Part shown: piece by piece, positions 29,322 to 40,026 of the stretch
Layout of the letters: every line of letters begins with the position of its first letter
Numbering within the stretch: position 1 is the first letter of the stretch
Assembly (NCBI GenBank): GCA_040901675.1
Contig: JBBDYJ010000011.1
Coordinates: 32,001-96,000 of the forward strand
Direction of reading: 5' to 3'
DNA from: Pirellulales bacterium
GTDB taxonomy: Bacteria; Planctomycetota; Planctomycetia; Pirellulales; JAICIG01
Length of the DNA stretch: 64,000 bases
Made by a program: the position numbers and the translations under genes
The notes under the pieces: generated by a model
What the model saw: only the letters and a program-made list of their open reading frames with translations
Told to the model about the DNA's origin: nothing
Database searches by the model: none

Positions 29322-30083
29322 TCAACCTGAACTCGTGTCCGGCAGGTCGTCGGGAACGCGGAAGAGCATATCGGCGGCGTTTATAACCCACGCGTGGCTC
29401 CGCGACCTATTGTCGAAGATCCGCGTGGCGGTAATCGTGATAAAGAACGACCTCAACTTGCCGTCGCGGCGGAAGCTGACGGCATACAACTGCTTGACGA
29501 TTTCCTGGCCTTGGTGAGCACTGACCGATTCCGTCTTGTAAAAACGGACCTCCGCGTCAGGCCCCAATTCGAGCAAGGCTCGCACGATTGGCTCGTCGGT
29601 GAAGGTTCGCAGAACACTGTACAGGTCCTCTCGGCCCGCATAATGCGCCCAGAGGTTGTCGTCCAGCGGCAACCGGGCGTGCCACTTGACCGTGAGCTGA
29701 TGCGCCTTGTGCGGCTCACCACCGCGCATCAGGTTGAACCAATTGTGGCAAATGACCCCAGCCTGGCTCCGCAAGTGCCACTGGTAAATCGCCCAATAGG
29801 TGGTCGCGGGGGTGCCGCAGCACAGCGCAATGACCAGGCCCGCCACCGCGGCCCGGCGGCCGATCAACTTGGGCTCGTGCCTGCGGATCCGCACCAGCGC
29901 CGCCACGCTGATCACCACGGCCAGGAGCGGTACAGACCAAAAGAGCGGATGTACGAAAGCAAGCGGCGACGCCAGGCCGGCCGCCAGGCCGGCGATGGCC
30001 GCCACGCAGAGCGGACGATACTCGACCGTCTCGCCTTCCACCGCGCCCGGCAGACTGGCTTCATGGAGTTTGGATTGCGACAT
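29322..30083 (-). CDS. DUF4190-like membrane protein
   Basis: AL.RIRR..P.LIGRRAA.AGL pattern with three TM segments; AAGGAG ribosome-binding site. Confidence 0.6.
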   Translation of the reverse strand: MSQSKLHEASLPGAVEGETVEYRPLCVAAIAGLAAGLASPLAFVHPLFWSVPLLAVVISVAALVRIRRHEPKLIGRRAAVAGLVIALCCGTPATTYWAIYQWHLRSQAGVICHNWFNLMRGGEPHKAHQLTVKWHARLPLDDNLWAHYAGREDLYSVLRTFTDEPIVRALLELGPDAEVRFYKTESVSAHQGQEIVKQLYAVSFRRDGKLRSFFITITATRIFDNRSRSHAWVINAADMLFRVPDDLPDTSSG

Positions 30084-30112
30084 GGCCGCTCCTTCGCTGT
30101 TGGGCCGGCGCC

Positions 30113-30715
30113 TTACTTGACCAGGATGTCTTCCATCCTCGCGAACCGCTCGCGCCGGGTGGCATACTTGATGATGAAATCGCCGTGGGGATCGAAGATC
30201 TGCAGCGCCTCTCCGCTGCGGCGGGCGAATGCTCCCCGCGACGCCCGTTGCATGAAAGCCAGCCATTGACGGTCAGGGGCCAGGCCCAAGATCCGTTTCT
30301 CGGGCTTGAAGCCGCCGAACATGAACTCGCGGGACAAGGGGGCCGTGTGCAGCGTCATGGCCGTGAAACAAACCATCACCCAGCCGATCCACACGGCAAA
30401 GAAATAGCCGCCCAGAATCTCCACCAACTTGGGAAACCGCACCTTCACGCGCGAGGCAAAGTAGGTGGCCGCCCGCACCACGATCAACCCCACCGCGAAC
30501 AAGCCCCACAAGGCCGAAAAGTCCCACAGGTACGTTCCCTTGGGAAACTGCTCGATCAACAGGTCGGCCACCGGCTCCCAAAAGTTCGTCGCCAAGAGCG
30601 CCGCCGTCACCACGTTGACCAACGTGATGGCGTTGCTCCAGAGTCCCTCCGATCCGGCCATGGCGATCACCACGAACACGATCACCAAGAGCGCCGTGGG
30701 CAGCAGCAAGCTCAT
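30113..30715 (-). CDS. CvpA/colicin V production family membrane protein
   Basis: EGLWSNA...NV..AALLATNF.EP with four TM segments; overlaps the upstream stop. Confidence 0.65.
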   Translation of the reverse strand: MSLLLPTALLVIVFVVIAMAGSEGLWSNAITLVNVVTAALLATNFWEPVADLLIEQFPKGTYLWDFSALWGLFAVGLIVVRAATYFASRVKVRFPKLVEILGGYFFAVWIGWVMVCFTAMTLHTAPLSREFMFGGFKPEKRILGLAPDRQWLAFMQRASRGAFARRSGEALQIFDPHGDFIIKYATRRERFARMEDILVK

Positions 30716-32553
30716 GGGTTCTCCTTCAAAACGCGCATCAACTCGGGCAGCGAGGTCACGCCCTTGACCACCAGCACCAGCCCTTCTTCCTGCAGGCTCC
30801 GCATTCCCGCCCGGCGGGCGGCCTGTCGCAACGCGGTCACGTCTCCCTGCTTGGCCAGCACCGAGCGAAACGGCGCGTCCACCACCAGCAACTCGAAGAT
30901 TCCGGTCCGGCCCCGGTAGCCGATCCCACGGCAATCCGGGCAAATGTCCTTTTCCTCGGCGGGCGGCTGGGGCGGCCGGTAAAAAGCCTCGATCCGGCCG
31001 GCGGGTATGCCAAGTTGCTCGAGCACCTGCGGGGGCGGCGGATACGGCTCCTTGCACCTCGAGCACAGCTTGCGGATCAACCGCTGATTCAAAACGGCCA
31101 CCAGCACCTCGGCAAATACGTCGACCGCTGGCTGCAGCGCCAAAACGCGGGCCACCGCTTCGGCGCACTCCTTGGCTTGCACCGCGCTGATCACCAGGCG
31201 ATCGACGCTGGCCTGCTCGAACAAAATGGTCGCGGTTTCCACGTCGGCCAGATCGGCGACCACGTACACGTCCGGGTATTCGCGGATCAGTTTGGGCAGG
31301 ACGCTGGCCGGAGTCTGTCCGGCGGCGGCATCGTAGGTGGTCACCGGCACGTTTTCGACTTCCAGCTCGCGGCTGCCGGCTTCCTCGATGGCCACGGCGC
31401 CGCGGACATAACGGTCCACGGCCGCCACCGACGCTGTCAGCAGGCTGGACAGCCCGTTGCCGGGCGGGGCGGAAACAAGGATCAGTCCCTTGCGCTGCTC
31501 CACAGCCCCTTTGAACTGCTCCTGCATTTTTTCGCGCATGCCAAGTTCAGGCAGGCGGGCTCGTTTGACGCTCGGATCCTCGACCTGGATCAGCACGCGC
31601 TCGCCGGTGCGGGTGCCTTGGCTGATCAGCCGGCAAATATGCTTCTGCTTCTTCTCGAACTCGGCGCCAAAACCGCCCTGCTGCCGGGCCCGGCGCTCGT
31701 TGACGTTCAACGCCGAAATGGTCTTGAGCACGGCCAGCACGGCGTCGCCCGTTTCGCGTTCCTGGTTCTCCGCATTATGCCAGACCCCGTCAATCTGGTA
31801 TCGCACGCTGACCGCTTGCTGCGTGTAGTCCAGCAGGATCGCGTCGGCCCGCTGGCTGAAGGCCGTGTCCAAAAGCACCCGCGCCAGATTGAAAGCCGGG
31901 GATTGCTTGGCCGTGAGCAGGTGGATCGTGTCGTCCCGCTCCGTGGCCCCGCCACGGGCGGTCAGTTCGACCGGCGGGCCTTCCTCCTGCGGTGGTTCGA
32001 CGGAGAGCTTGATGCCCAACGGCTTGAGACGCTCACTGAACCAGAACCGTAAATGCGGCCCGGTAAAGACCTTGAGCTCGTCGGTGACCAGGCTGTTGCG
32101 GTGCAGCACGTACAGCATGAACGGCACTGTGTAGGCCACCAGCATCAATGGGAAACCGACCCAGAAAGCGGCGGGAAAACTCATCAGCCACAACAGCACC
32201 ACGACCGCCATGAAGCTGAAGAAAGCGATCTGGTTCCAGCGCCTGTACTCCAACTTCAATCGCTGACCGTCCTGATTGATCCAGTCCAGCGTGCGGACCC
32301 ACAGCAAAAACAGCAGCCAGAACAACGGCAGCTTGAACCAGCTCAGATACAAGCCGCTGCCGTGGGCGAACTCCCCGGGGTAGGTGGGAAAACGCGCCCC
32401 CTCCTGGGCCCAGGCCGGTTGTTCGAACAGACACAAGGCCAGCGCGGCGGCCCCAAGCCAAGCGCCCCTGGCCGGCGCGGCGTGGGCCCCCTCGGCAAGG
32501 CCGCGTGCCGCCCTGGCACATGCGCCGGCCCGGGCCATCCAATTACGAAGCAT
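30712..32553 (-). CDS. GspE/PilB-like secretion ATPase homolog with N-terminal TM segments and degenerate Walker motifs
   Basis: VRYQIDGV, NQRLIRKLC..C and C..C.G.GYRGRTGIFELL; P-loop position reads APPGNGLSS. Confidence 0.85.
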   Translation of the reverse strand: MLRNWMARAGACARAARGLAEGAHAAPARGAWLGAAALALCLFEQPAWAQEGARFPTYPGEFAHGSGLYLSWFKLPLFWLLFLLWVRTLDWINQDGQRLKLEYRRWNQIAFFSFMAVVVLLWLMSFPAAFWVGFPLMLVAYTVPFMLYVLHRNSLVTDELKVFTGPHLRFWFSERLKPLGIKLSVEPPQEEGPPVELTARGGATERDDTIHLLTAKQSPAFNLARVLLDTAFSQRADAILLDYTQQAVSVRYQIDGVWHNAENQERETGDAVLAVLKTISALNVNERRARQQGGFGAEFEKKQKHICRLISQGTRTGERVLIQVEDPSVKRARLPELGMREKMQEQFKGAVEQRKGLILVSAPPGNGLSSLLTASVAAVDRYVRGAVAIEEAGSRELEVENVPVTTYDAAAGQTPASVLPKLIREYPDVYVVADLADVETATILFEQASVDRLVISAVQAKECAEAVARVLALQPAVDVFAEVLVAVLNQRLIRKLCSRCKEPYPPPPQVLEQLGIPAGRIEAFYRPPQPPAEEKDICPDCRGIGYRGRTGIFELLVVDAPFRSVLAKQGDVTALRQAARRAGMRSLQEEGLVLVVKGVTSLPELMRVLKENP

Positions 32554-33701
32554 TAAAGAATCCCAGGTTGCCTGACCTCGATGCCTTTCAAAGCCATCCT
32601 CAACGCTTCGACGTTCGGCGCTACTTCGAAAGCCGTGGCCCGGTCGATCAAGTCGCGGTCGACCAGGCTCTTCAGGCTCATCGTAAAGTCCTGCATCCCC
32701 TCTTTGTCGCACATCCGAATCACGTCGGCCAGCTTCTCGTCCGATTCTTCCAGAATCAGCTTGCGGACCGTGGCATTGAAGGTCATGATCTCGACCGTCG
32801 GCACTCGCCCCACCCCTTCCTTGATGCAGGGCAGCAGCTTCTGAGCGACGATCCCCCTCATGTTCATGGCAATGGCGCTGCGCAGCGATGAGTGCATGTT
32901 GCGCGGGAACAAGTCGAGGATCCGGCCGATCGTGGAGGGCGCGGTGGAGGAATGGATCGTGCCGAACACCAGGTGACCGGTCTCGGCCGCTTGAATCGCC
33001 GTGAGAAACGTTTCCTCGTCCCGCATCTCCCCCACCAGCATCACGTCCGGGTCTTCGCGGACCGCGTGCTTCATGCCAATGCTGAAGTCCTTGACGTCCA
33101 GCCCGATCTCACGCTGGTTGATCAGGCACTTATCCTCCGTGAACACGAACTCGATCGGATCCTCGAGCGTCAGGATGTGCTTCCGATAGTTGTGGTTAAT
33201 CCAATCGAGCATCGACGCGATCGTCGTGCTCTTGCCCGAACCGGTCACGCCGGCCAACAGCACCATCCCCTGGCTCCACTTGCACAGGTCGACCATGCTC
33301 GGCGGCAAGTTCAGCCCTTCGAAATCCGGGATCCATTGATTCACCTTGCGGGCTACCATGCCCACGTGGCCCAATTGCTGCAACAGGTTCACCCGGAACC
33401 GCCACTGCTTGCCGTCCACGTCGACCGTGTGAGAGAAGTCGGTCCCCCCGCACTCCTCGAAAATCCGGCGGGTGCGGTCATTGAGCATCGGAAACGTGAT
33501 GCGAACCATCTCTTCATCGTCGATCGGCGGCCGGCTGAGCGGGCGCAACGTGCCGTTGACCCGTACAATGGGCGCGCGCTCCGCCTTCAAGTGCAGATCG
33601 CTCCCTCCCAACTTCACCAAGGCCCGGAACAACTTGTCGATCTCCAGTTCCTCGCGCTTGTGCACGAACCTTTCCACGATCGCGTCGGGAGCACTGGCCA
33701 T
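32553..33701 (-). CDS. pilT: PilT/PilU family type IV pilus ATPase
   Basis: GSDLHL, GVTGSGKST, TLEDPIEF, REDPDV.LVGEMRD and AETGHLVFGTIH. Confidence 0.93.
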   Translation of the reverse strand: MASAPDAIVERFVHKREELEIDKLFRALVKLGGSDLHLKAERAPIVRVNGTLRPLSRPPIDDEEMVRITFPMLNDRTRRIFEECGGTDFSHTVDVDGKQWRFRVNLLQQLGHVGMVARKVNQWIPDFEGLNLPPSMVDLCKWSQGMVLLAGVTGSGKSTTIASMLDWINHNYRKHILTLEDPIEFVFTEDKCLINQREIGLDVKDFSIGMKHAVREDPDVMLVGEMRDEETFLTAIQAAETGHLVFGTIHSSTAPSTIGRILDLFPRNMHSSLRSAIAMNMRGIVAQKLLPCIKEGVGRVPTVEIMTFNATVRKLILEESDEKLADVIRMCDKEGMQDFTMSLKSLVDRDLIDRATAFEVAPNVEALRMALKGIEVRQPGIL

Positions 33702-33763
33702 GCTTCGATCTTCTCCGGTTGCTTGGGTAGGACTCTCAATCGAGGGGATGGCGCGCCCCCACG

Positions 33764-34537
33764 CTAGGCACTGAGCCGCACGGGAATCCCCCGCTCCGCC
33801 ATCACCCGCTTCGTCTCTTGAATGCTGTACTGGCCAAAATGAAAAATGCTCGCCGCCAAGGCCGCGTCGGCCTTGCCCACCTGGATCGCGTCGGCCAGGT
33901 GCTCGGGGCGACCGGCGCCGCCGCTCGCCACGACCGGAATCGTCACCGCCTGGCTGACCGCGGCCGTCAGCTCCAGGTCGTATCCATTCTGCGTGCCGTC
34001 GGCGTCCATCGATGTCAGCACGATCTCACCGGCCCCCAGACGCTGCACCTCCCGGGCCCACGCCACCGCCTCCAGACCCGTGCCGATCCGCCCCCCGTTC
34101 ACGTGCACCTCCCAAAACTCACGCCCCTCCTTCTGCACCCGCTTCGGGTCGATGTTCACCACAATGCACTGGCTGCCGAAGCGGCGAGCGGCCTCGTACA
34201 CGAAGGCCGGATCGCGCGGGGCCGCCGAATTGATCGATACCTTGTCGCTGCCGGCCTTCAACAGTTCTCGGATGTCGGCCAGGCTGCGGATGCCGCCCCC
34301 CACGCACAGCGGCATGAACACCACCTCCGCGGTGCGACGCACCACGTCCAGCATGATCGAGCGACCCTCGTGGCTGGCCGTGATATCCAGAAATACCAGC
34401 TCGTCGGCACCCTCCGCCTCGTAGCGCGCCGCCACCTCGACGGGATCTCCCGCGTCGCGCAACTGGACAAAATTGGTCCCTTTGACGACCCGCCCCCGAT
34501 CGACGTCCAGGCAAGGGATCACGCGCTTGGCCAGCAT
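33764..34537 (-). CDS. hisF: Imidazole glycerol phosphate synthase cyclase subunit
   Basis: [32 protein letters not shown] and ASGGAG. Confidence 0.97.
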   Translation of the reverse strand: MLAKRVIPCLDVDRGRVVKGTNFVQLRDAGDPVEVAARYEAEGADELVFLDITASHEGRSIMLDVVRRTAEVVFMPLCVGGGIRSLADIRELLKAGSDKVSINSAAPRDPAFVYEAARRFGSQCIVVNIDPKRVQKEGREFWEVHVNGGRIGTGLEAVAWAREVQRLGAGEIVLTSMDADGTQNGYDLELTAAVSQAVTIPVVASGGAGRPEHLADAIQVGKADAALAASIFHFGQYSIQETKRVMAERGIPVRLSA

Positions 34538-34732
34538 GGATTGCCGTTGAGTGGAAGTGACCGCCTCGCGCCGCCGCGCCAAGTTCGCCCGCTTGAACGT
34601 CCAGACCTGTACTTTAAGCTGCTCGGCAGCGGCGGTCAACGGGCCGGCGCGCCGCCGAAATGGCCTCTGGCAAGCCGACCCGGCGACGTCTCCGCCCGTC
34701 GCCCGGGATGCGCCGCGCTGTTGCACGCCCCG

Positions 34733-36733
34733 CTATTCGCCCAGCGGCACGCCGCCCGATGCCGGCTCCAGCACCCGCCGGCAGTCGGGCAGGCTGTTCA
34801 AGAAAGTCCGCCCATACGCCTTGGTGCGCACGCGGGGATCCAGGATCACCACCGTCCCACGGTCGTGCTGGGTGCGGATCAGCCGGCCAAATCCCTGCTT
34901 CAGCTTCAGCACGGCTTCGGGCAACTGGTACTCGACAAAGGGACTCCCGCCTCGCTCACGGATTGCCTCCAGCCGGGCCTCCAACAGCGGCCGGTCGGGC
35001 ACGGCAAACGGCAGCCGGGTGATGATTACCGTCCGAAGCGCGTCGCCGGGCACGTCGACCCCTTGCCAAAAGCTGTCCGTGCCCAGCAGCACGGCCCGCG
35101 GGTTGGCCTTGAATCGCTCGATCATCTGGCTCCGCGGCAGCCCGTCCGACTGGGCATACAAGGCCAGGCCCTGCTCGGCCAGCCATGGTTCCAGGGCGGC
35201 GGCGGCCGACCGCAGCGACTCGTAACTGGTAAACAGCACGAAGGCGTGGCCCTCGCTCCTGGCCACCCAGCGGCGGATGACCTCGATCGACCGTTGCTCG
35301 AAGCGGGCCCGCTCGCTCGATGGGTCCGGCATGCCCTGCATCAGAACCAGCGTGGCCTGCTCGCGGTAGTTGAACGGGCTGCCCAACGATCGTGCATCGG
35401 CCTGGTCCAGCCCCAATCGCCTCTTCAAGAAGTCAAACGACGCGTTCTCTCCGACCGTCATCGTGGCGCTGGTCAATATCACGCTGGGCACCCGGCCGAA
35501 CAGTTGCTCGCGCAAGGCCGGGCCCACGTCGATCGGTGCACAAGCCAACATCGTCCGCGGCCGCCGGCCCTGCGTGACATCGACCCAATACACGTATCCC
35601 TTCGACTGCTGAGAACACCATTGATGGACCTGATCGGCCAGGCCTTTCAGCCGGTCGTGCGCCGCCTGGAAGTCCTGGCGGTCCTCGGCCTTTTTCAAGC
35701 TCTCGCCATGCCGCTTGAGCGAACCGGCCAGCGCCGCCAGGGCCGGGCTGAGCCGGTTGGCCACGATGTCGGGCTCGTTCACCCGGCCGTTCGAGCGGCC
35801 GGACGCAGCCTGGCGGAGGCGGACCGCCTCGAAGAACTCCTGGGCCTGCTCGCGGCAAATCAGCACCTGTTCTTCCGCCTCACGCTGGCGATGATGAACC
35901 AGCAGGCCCCGGTTGGTCCGGTCGTTGTAGAGTTTGCTCAATAAATAGTCGACCTGGCTGGACGAGACGCTCATGCCCAGGTGTTCGCCCGCCACCGCCT
36001 CGAGGTTGTGGGCCTCGTCGAAGATCACCACGTCGTAGTCGGGCAGTATGCTGGCCCCGTTTTGGCGCAGCGCCAGGTCGCTGAAGAACAGGGCGTGGTT
36101 GACCACCAGAATCTGTGCATTCTGTATTCGCCGCCGGGCGCGATAATAAAAGCACTTGCCGTAGGTCGGACAGTTGCGGCCCATGCAGTTGCCATGTTCG
36201 CTGCGGGCCTCTTCCCACACGCTCGACAGCGGTCGGTGCTCCAGGTCGCTCAGCGAGCCATCGGCCGTGGTACGGCTCCAGCGGTCGAGCCCCCGCAGCT
36301 CGGCAAACTCTTCCGCGTCGCGAAACAAATGCGCGCTCTTGCCGATGGCCCCGGCAAGACGGCGCAGGCTCACGTAGTTGTTGCGCCCCTTGATCAGCAC
36401 CGCCGAAAACTCCAGCGGAATCACCGCGTTCAAAAGCGGGAGATCCTTCTCCATCAGTTGTTCCTGCAGGCTGATCGTGTGGGTCGACACCACCACCCGC
36501 GGCCGCCTCTCCTCGGCTGGACCGCCGGCGGCCGCGTGCAGGATCGCGGGCACCAGGTAGGCAAAGCTCTTGCCGACGCCCGTGCCCGCTTCGACCACCA
36601 GGTGGCGGCGGCCCCGGATAGCGTCGGCCACGGCGCTGGCCATGGCAAGCTGCTCGGGCCGGTGCTCATAATGGCTCAGCCGGGCCGCAATCCGCCCCTG
36701 GGGACCCAGGATTTCTTCGGGTGCCAGCGTCAT
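34733..36733 (-). CDS. dinG: DinG/YoaA family ATP-dependent helicase
   Basis: [26 protein letters not shown] and QGFGRLIR. Confidence 0.93.
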   Translation of the reverse strand: MTLAPEEILGPQGRIAARLSHYEHRPEQLAMASAVADAIRGRRHLVVEAGTGVGKSFAYLVPAILHAAAGGPAEERRPRVVVSTHTISLQEQLMEKDLPLLNAVIPLEFSAVLIKGRNNYVSLRRLAGAIGKSAHLFRDAEEFAELRGLDRWSRTTADGSLSDLEHRPLSSVWEEARSEHGNCMGRNCPTYGKCFYYRARRRIQNAQILVVNHALFFSDLALRQNGASILPDYDVVIFDEAHNLEAVAGEHLGMSVSSSQVDYLLSKLYNDRTNRGLLVHHRQREAEEQVLICREQAQEFFEAVRLRQAASGRSNGRVNEPDIVANRLSPALAALAGSLKRHGESLKKAEDRQDFQAAHDRLKGLADQVHQWCSQQSKGYVYWVDVTQGRRPRTMLACAPIDVGPALREQLFGRVPSVILTSATMTVGENASFDFLKRRLGLDQADARSLGSPFNYREQATLVLMQGMPDPSSERARFEQRSIEVIRRWVARSEGHAFVLFTSYESLRSAAAALEPWLAEQGLALYAQSDGLPRSQMIERFKANPRAVLLGTDSFWQGVDVPGDALRTVIITRLPFAVPDRPLLEARLEAIRERGGSPFVEYQLPEAVLKLKQGFGRLIRTQHDRGTVVILDPRVRTKAYGRTFLNSLPDCRRVLEPASGGVPLGE

Positions 36734-36985
36734 GTCGAACCAAGCAGCGCGGCCCGGTCAATGGAACCGGCCGAACCGAGGCGCGGCCGAAGCGGCCCGG
36801 CGCGGACACCCGCCAGCCTAGCATGGCCCGTCCGCTGCTGATAGCCCGCCAGGCAGCATGGCCGGGAAAGTGTTGGGCGGCCTGATTCGAGCGACCGGGC
36901 TGGAAAACCAAGCCCGTTCGGCTCATGCTGTCAGGCCTGACGCGGTGCCGCGCGGGCCGCGAGTACCTTGCGGGGAGTGACAACG

Positions 36986-37891
36986 ATGTCGATCGAATTC
37001 CGCTGCAATCAATGCGGCAAGCTCCTGCGGACCGCCGACGACACCGCCGGCCAGCCGGCCCAATGCCCGTCGTGTAGTGCCATTCAACCAATTCCGTTTG
37101 GTGCGGCTATCCCGGACGACGGCCTTTACGGTCTCGCCGAGCCACCGCCTTCCATGGGCAGCCCTTTCGCCAGGCCGGCCCAGCCCGGCCCAACACCCTT
37201 CAATTATGGCAATCCCTACGCCTCCCCCATGTCGCCGGCGACCGCCCGCTACGATGAATACTTTGAGGACGGGCCACGCACGGGTCCTCCCTGGGAGCGC
37301 GATGCCCCGTCGGTCCGCTCGTTCATCGCGACCGCCAGGGAGGCATTGGGATCGACCTCGCCGTTTTTTTTCGAGATGCGCCGAGAGGGCGGATTCGGCT
37401 TGCCGCTGGCCTACTCCTTCCTGGGAGGTATGATCGGCGCCCTGGCGCAAGCCTTCCACCCGATCGTCCTGGTCGCGTTGTTGCAGACCCTTCTGCCAAA
37501 CAACTTCCGGCCAGCCGATCCGGCTGAAGCAGCCTGGGGACCGCTGATAACGCTGGCCGCCGCGCCGCTCGTGGTAATCATTTATCCATTTATATTGGCA
37601 GCCATATTGCACGTGATGCTGGCCGTGTTGGGCAGCACCCACTTTCCGTATGAAACCACGTATCGCGTGACCGCCTACAGTACCGGCACGGCCGCGCTGT
37701 TATCGCTGGTTCCATTCTGCGGCAGGCTCATCGAACTCGTGACCGCGATCGTGTTGCTGTCGATCGGGCTCGCCCAGGCCCATGAGGCATCCGGCGGCAA
37801 GGCAGCCGCCGCCGTCTTGTTGCCCTTCGTCGTGTGCGGTGGACTGGCTGTGGCGGTGTTCGTTGTTGCCGGTCTGGCGGCTGGCATGTAA
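36986..37891 (+). CDS. Zn-ribbon plus Yip1-family membrane protein (paralog 1)
   Basis: CNQC..CPSC, NPYASP, PPWE, FF..MRREGG and five TM segments. Confidence 0.8.
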   Translation: MSIEFRCNQCGKLLRTADDTAGQPAQCPSCSAIQPIPFGAAIPDDGLYGLAEPPPSMGSPFARPAQPGPTPFNYGNPYASPMSPATARYDEYFEDGPRTGPPWERDAPSVRSFIATAREALGSTSPFFFEMRREGGFGLPLAYSFLGGMIGALAQAFHPIVLVALLQTLLPNNFRPADPAEAAWGPLITLAAAPLVVIIYPFILAAILHVMLAVLGSTHFPYETTYRVTAYSTGTAALLSLVPFCGRLIELVTAIVLLSIGLAQAHEASGGKAAAAVLLPFVVCGGLAVAVFVVAGLAAGM

Positions 37892-37963
37892 CTCGACTCA
37901 GAGACTCACCGAATCAGCCGGTACCGTCTCGCCTTACGTTTCCAGACTTGTAGGAAAAACGTC

Positions 37964-38863
37964 ATGTCGATCGAATTCCGCTGCAATCAATGCGGCAAGC
38001 TCCTGCGGACCGCCGACGAGACGGCGGGCAAGCAGGCCAAGTGCCCCTCCTGTGGCGCCATCCAATCGATTCCCTCTCTGAGCGATCCAGACGGCGGCAG
38101 CTACGATCGCTCCAAGCCACCGCCTCCCGTGGCCAATCCCTTCGCCGCTGCCCACAGCCCGTCGACCGGCTTGGACGCCGACAACCCCTACGCCTCGCCC
38201 ATGTACCCCCAAGCGCCGCACCGCGCGGCGTTCGAGGACTATCCGCGCAGCGGCCCGCCATGGGAACGGGACGGCGCCTCGATCGGTTCGTTCATTGCGA
38301 CGCTGCGGTCGGCCTATGGTTCGATCAACGGGTTTTTTTCCAGCATGCGCCGCGAGGGAGGAATCGGCTGGCCGTTTGGCTTTGCGCTTGCTGGTGCGGC
38401 CGTCGGCTTCATGGGTTTTTGGCTGCTGACTCTTACGCCCATGTTGCTCTTGAGCGACGACGTGGATTCGCCGGCTCCACTGGAGTTCCTGATGGCGTCG
38501 GTCTGCTTGTTCGTCCTGATTCCTTTATGGGTGGTCATGCACACCTTGTGGTGGTCGGGCCTGCTGCACCTGTCGCTGATGCTCGTGGGCGGCGCCCGGG
38601 AGGGATTTGAGACCACGTACCGCGTGGTCGCTTACAGCGTCGGAAGCGTGGCCCCTCTGCTTTTGGTCCCGCTCTGCGGCCTGCACGTTGCGGCGATCGC
38701 GCAGCTCGTTTTTTTTGGGATTGGAGTCACCTACGCACATGAGATCTCAGGCGGCAAAGGCGCTCTGGCCGTCCTGTTGCCGCCGCTCACATGCTGTTGC
38801 GTGACCGGCCTGTTTTATGCCGTGGTGATTGGGTTCATAGGCGCCCTGGCGGCAGCCGGCTGA
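37964..38863 (+). CDS. Zn-ribbon plus Yip1-family membrane protein (paralog 2)
   Basis: Same architecture as 36986..37891. Confidence 0.8.
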   Translation: MSIEFRCNQCGKLLRTADETAGKQAKCPSCGAIQSIPSLSDPDGGSYDRSKPPPPVANPFAAAHSPSTGLDADNPYASPMYPQAPHRAAFEDYPRSGPPWERDGASIGSFIATLRSAYGSINGFFSSMRREGGIGWPFGFALAGAAVGFMGFWLLTLTPMLLLSDDVDSPAPLEFLMASVCLFVLIPLWVVMHTLWWSGLLHLSLMLVGGAREGFETTYRVVAYSVGSVAPLLLVPLCGLHVAAIAQLVFFGIGVTYAHEISGGKGALAVLLPPLTCCCVTGLFYAVVIGFIGALAAAG

Positions 38864-38903
38864 TAAGCGCAACGGTGGTGAGGACAACCAGGCTGAGCAG
38901 TCT

Positions 38904-39812
38904 TCAGCGCGGTTTCGCGCTGGCCACGACGCCCTCCTCCGGGCTGCTCGCCGTCGCATAGAGCTTGCGCGGAATCCGCCCGGCCAGGTACGCCAGCCGC
39001 CCCGCCTCGATGGCCGCCCGCATCGCCCGGGCCATGCCCAGCGGATCGCGGGCGTGGGCGATGCCCGTGTTCAACAGCACGCCGTCCACGCCCAGCTCCA
39101 TGGCAATCGTGACGTCGCTGGCCGTGCCCACCCCCGCATCCACGATCACCGGGTAATCCGGGTCGTCCTGCTTCAGATATTCCAGGCAGATGCGGATGTT
39201 GTTCGCGTTCAGGATCCCCTGCCCCGAACCGATCGGGCTGCCGGCGGGCATCACGCTGGTGGCGCCCGCCTCTTTGAGCCGCCGCGCGCTGATCGGGTCG
39301 TCGCTGGTGTAGCAGAGCACTTCAAATCCCTCGGCCACCAGTTGCTCGGTGGCCTTCAGCGTCGCCAGCGGATCGGGCAGCAGCGTCTTCGTGTCGGCCA
39401 GCACCTCCAGCTTGACCCAATCGGCCCCGGGATTGTCCAACCCCAGCAGCAGCTCGCGCCCCATCCGCGCCACGCGGACCGCATCGTCGGCGGTGAAGCA
39501 GCCCGCCGTGTTGGGCAAAAGCGTGTACCGCCGCGTGTCGATGTGGTCCAGCAGGTTGTTGCCCTTTGCGTCGTAGAGCCGTTCACGCCGCACTGCCACG
39601 GTAATGCAATCGGTGCCCGACAGCTCCAGGGCTTCGGCCATCAAGCCGTAGCTGGCGTATTTGCCCGTTCCCACGATCAGCCGGCTCGACAGCGTATGGC
39701 GGCCCAGGCGCAATGGGTCGGCCGGCGATCTCGCGCCCGGGCTGCCTGGCTGCTCGGCGGCATGACCCGCCAGGCCCGCCAGCGCTTCCTGCGTTGTTAT
39801 TTGCCCGGACAA
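38904..39812 (-). CDS. thiG: Thiazole synthase
   Basis: [31 protein letters not shown] and DAGVG. TTG start with a GGAGG supplied by the thiS Gly codons; exact start is uncertain. Confidence 0.95.
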   Translation of the reverse strand: MSGQITTQEALAGLAGHAAEQPGSPGARSPADPLRLGRHTLSSRLIVGTGKYASYGLMAEALELSGTDCITVAVRRERLYDAKGNNLLDHIDTRRYTLLPNTAGCFTADDAVRVARMGRELLLGLDNPGADWVKLEVLADTKTLLPDPLATLKATEQLVAEGFEVLCYTSDDPISARRLKEAGATSVMPAGSPIGSGQGILNANNIRICLEYLKQDDPDYPVIVDAGVGTASDVTIAMELGVDGVLLNTGIAHARDPLGMARAMRAAIEAGRLAYLAGRIPRKLYATASSPEEGVVASAKPR

Positions 39813-39816
39813 GTAA

Positions 39817-40026
39817 CTAACCTCCTCCCACCAATGTCACCACCTCCAGCCGGTCTCCCTCCGCAAGCCGGCGATGAAGGTGCGCCGCCCGAGGAACCAA
39901 TTCCAGGTTCACCTCGACGGCCACGTACCTCGGCTCCAGGCGCAGCGATTCGAGCAGTTCGGCTACGGTGGTGCCCAAAGCCACCTGGCGCGGCTCCCCA
40001 TTGAGCGTAATCGCCACCTGCGTCAT
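39817..40026 (-). CDS. thiS: Sulfur carrier protein ThiS
   Basis: ITLNGE, VAVEVN and C-terminal LVGGG; adjacent to thiG. Confidence 0.93.
   Translation of the reverse strand: MTQVAITLNGEPRQVALGTTVAELLESLRLEPRYVAVEVNLELVPRAAHLHRRLAEGDRLEVVTLVGGG

Noticed and set aside
28879..29517. 212-aa plus-strand ORF between the S8 protease and the DUF4190-like gene
   Set aside because: It overlaps both neighbours, has atypical composition and shows no motifs.
36170..36380. DinG Fe-S motif with the first Cys replaced (NNYVS) and three Cys retained
   Set aside because: Such variation is plausible within DinG subfamilies, and I cannot show it is unusual without an alignment.
36986..38019. Diversity-generating retroelement template/variable repeat pair
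   Set aside because: The repeat is at the 5' end and identical, with no adenine-specific mismatches, and there is no reverse transcriptase in the window.
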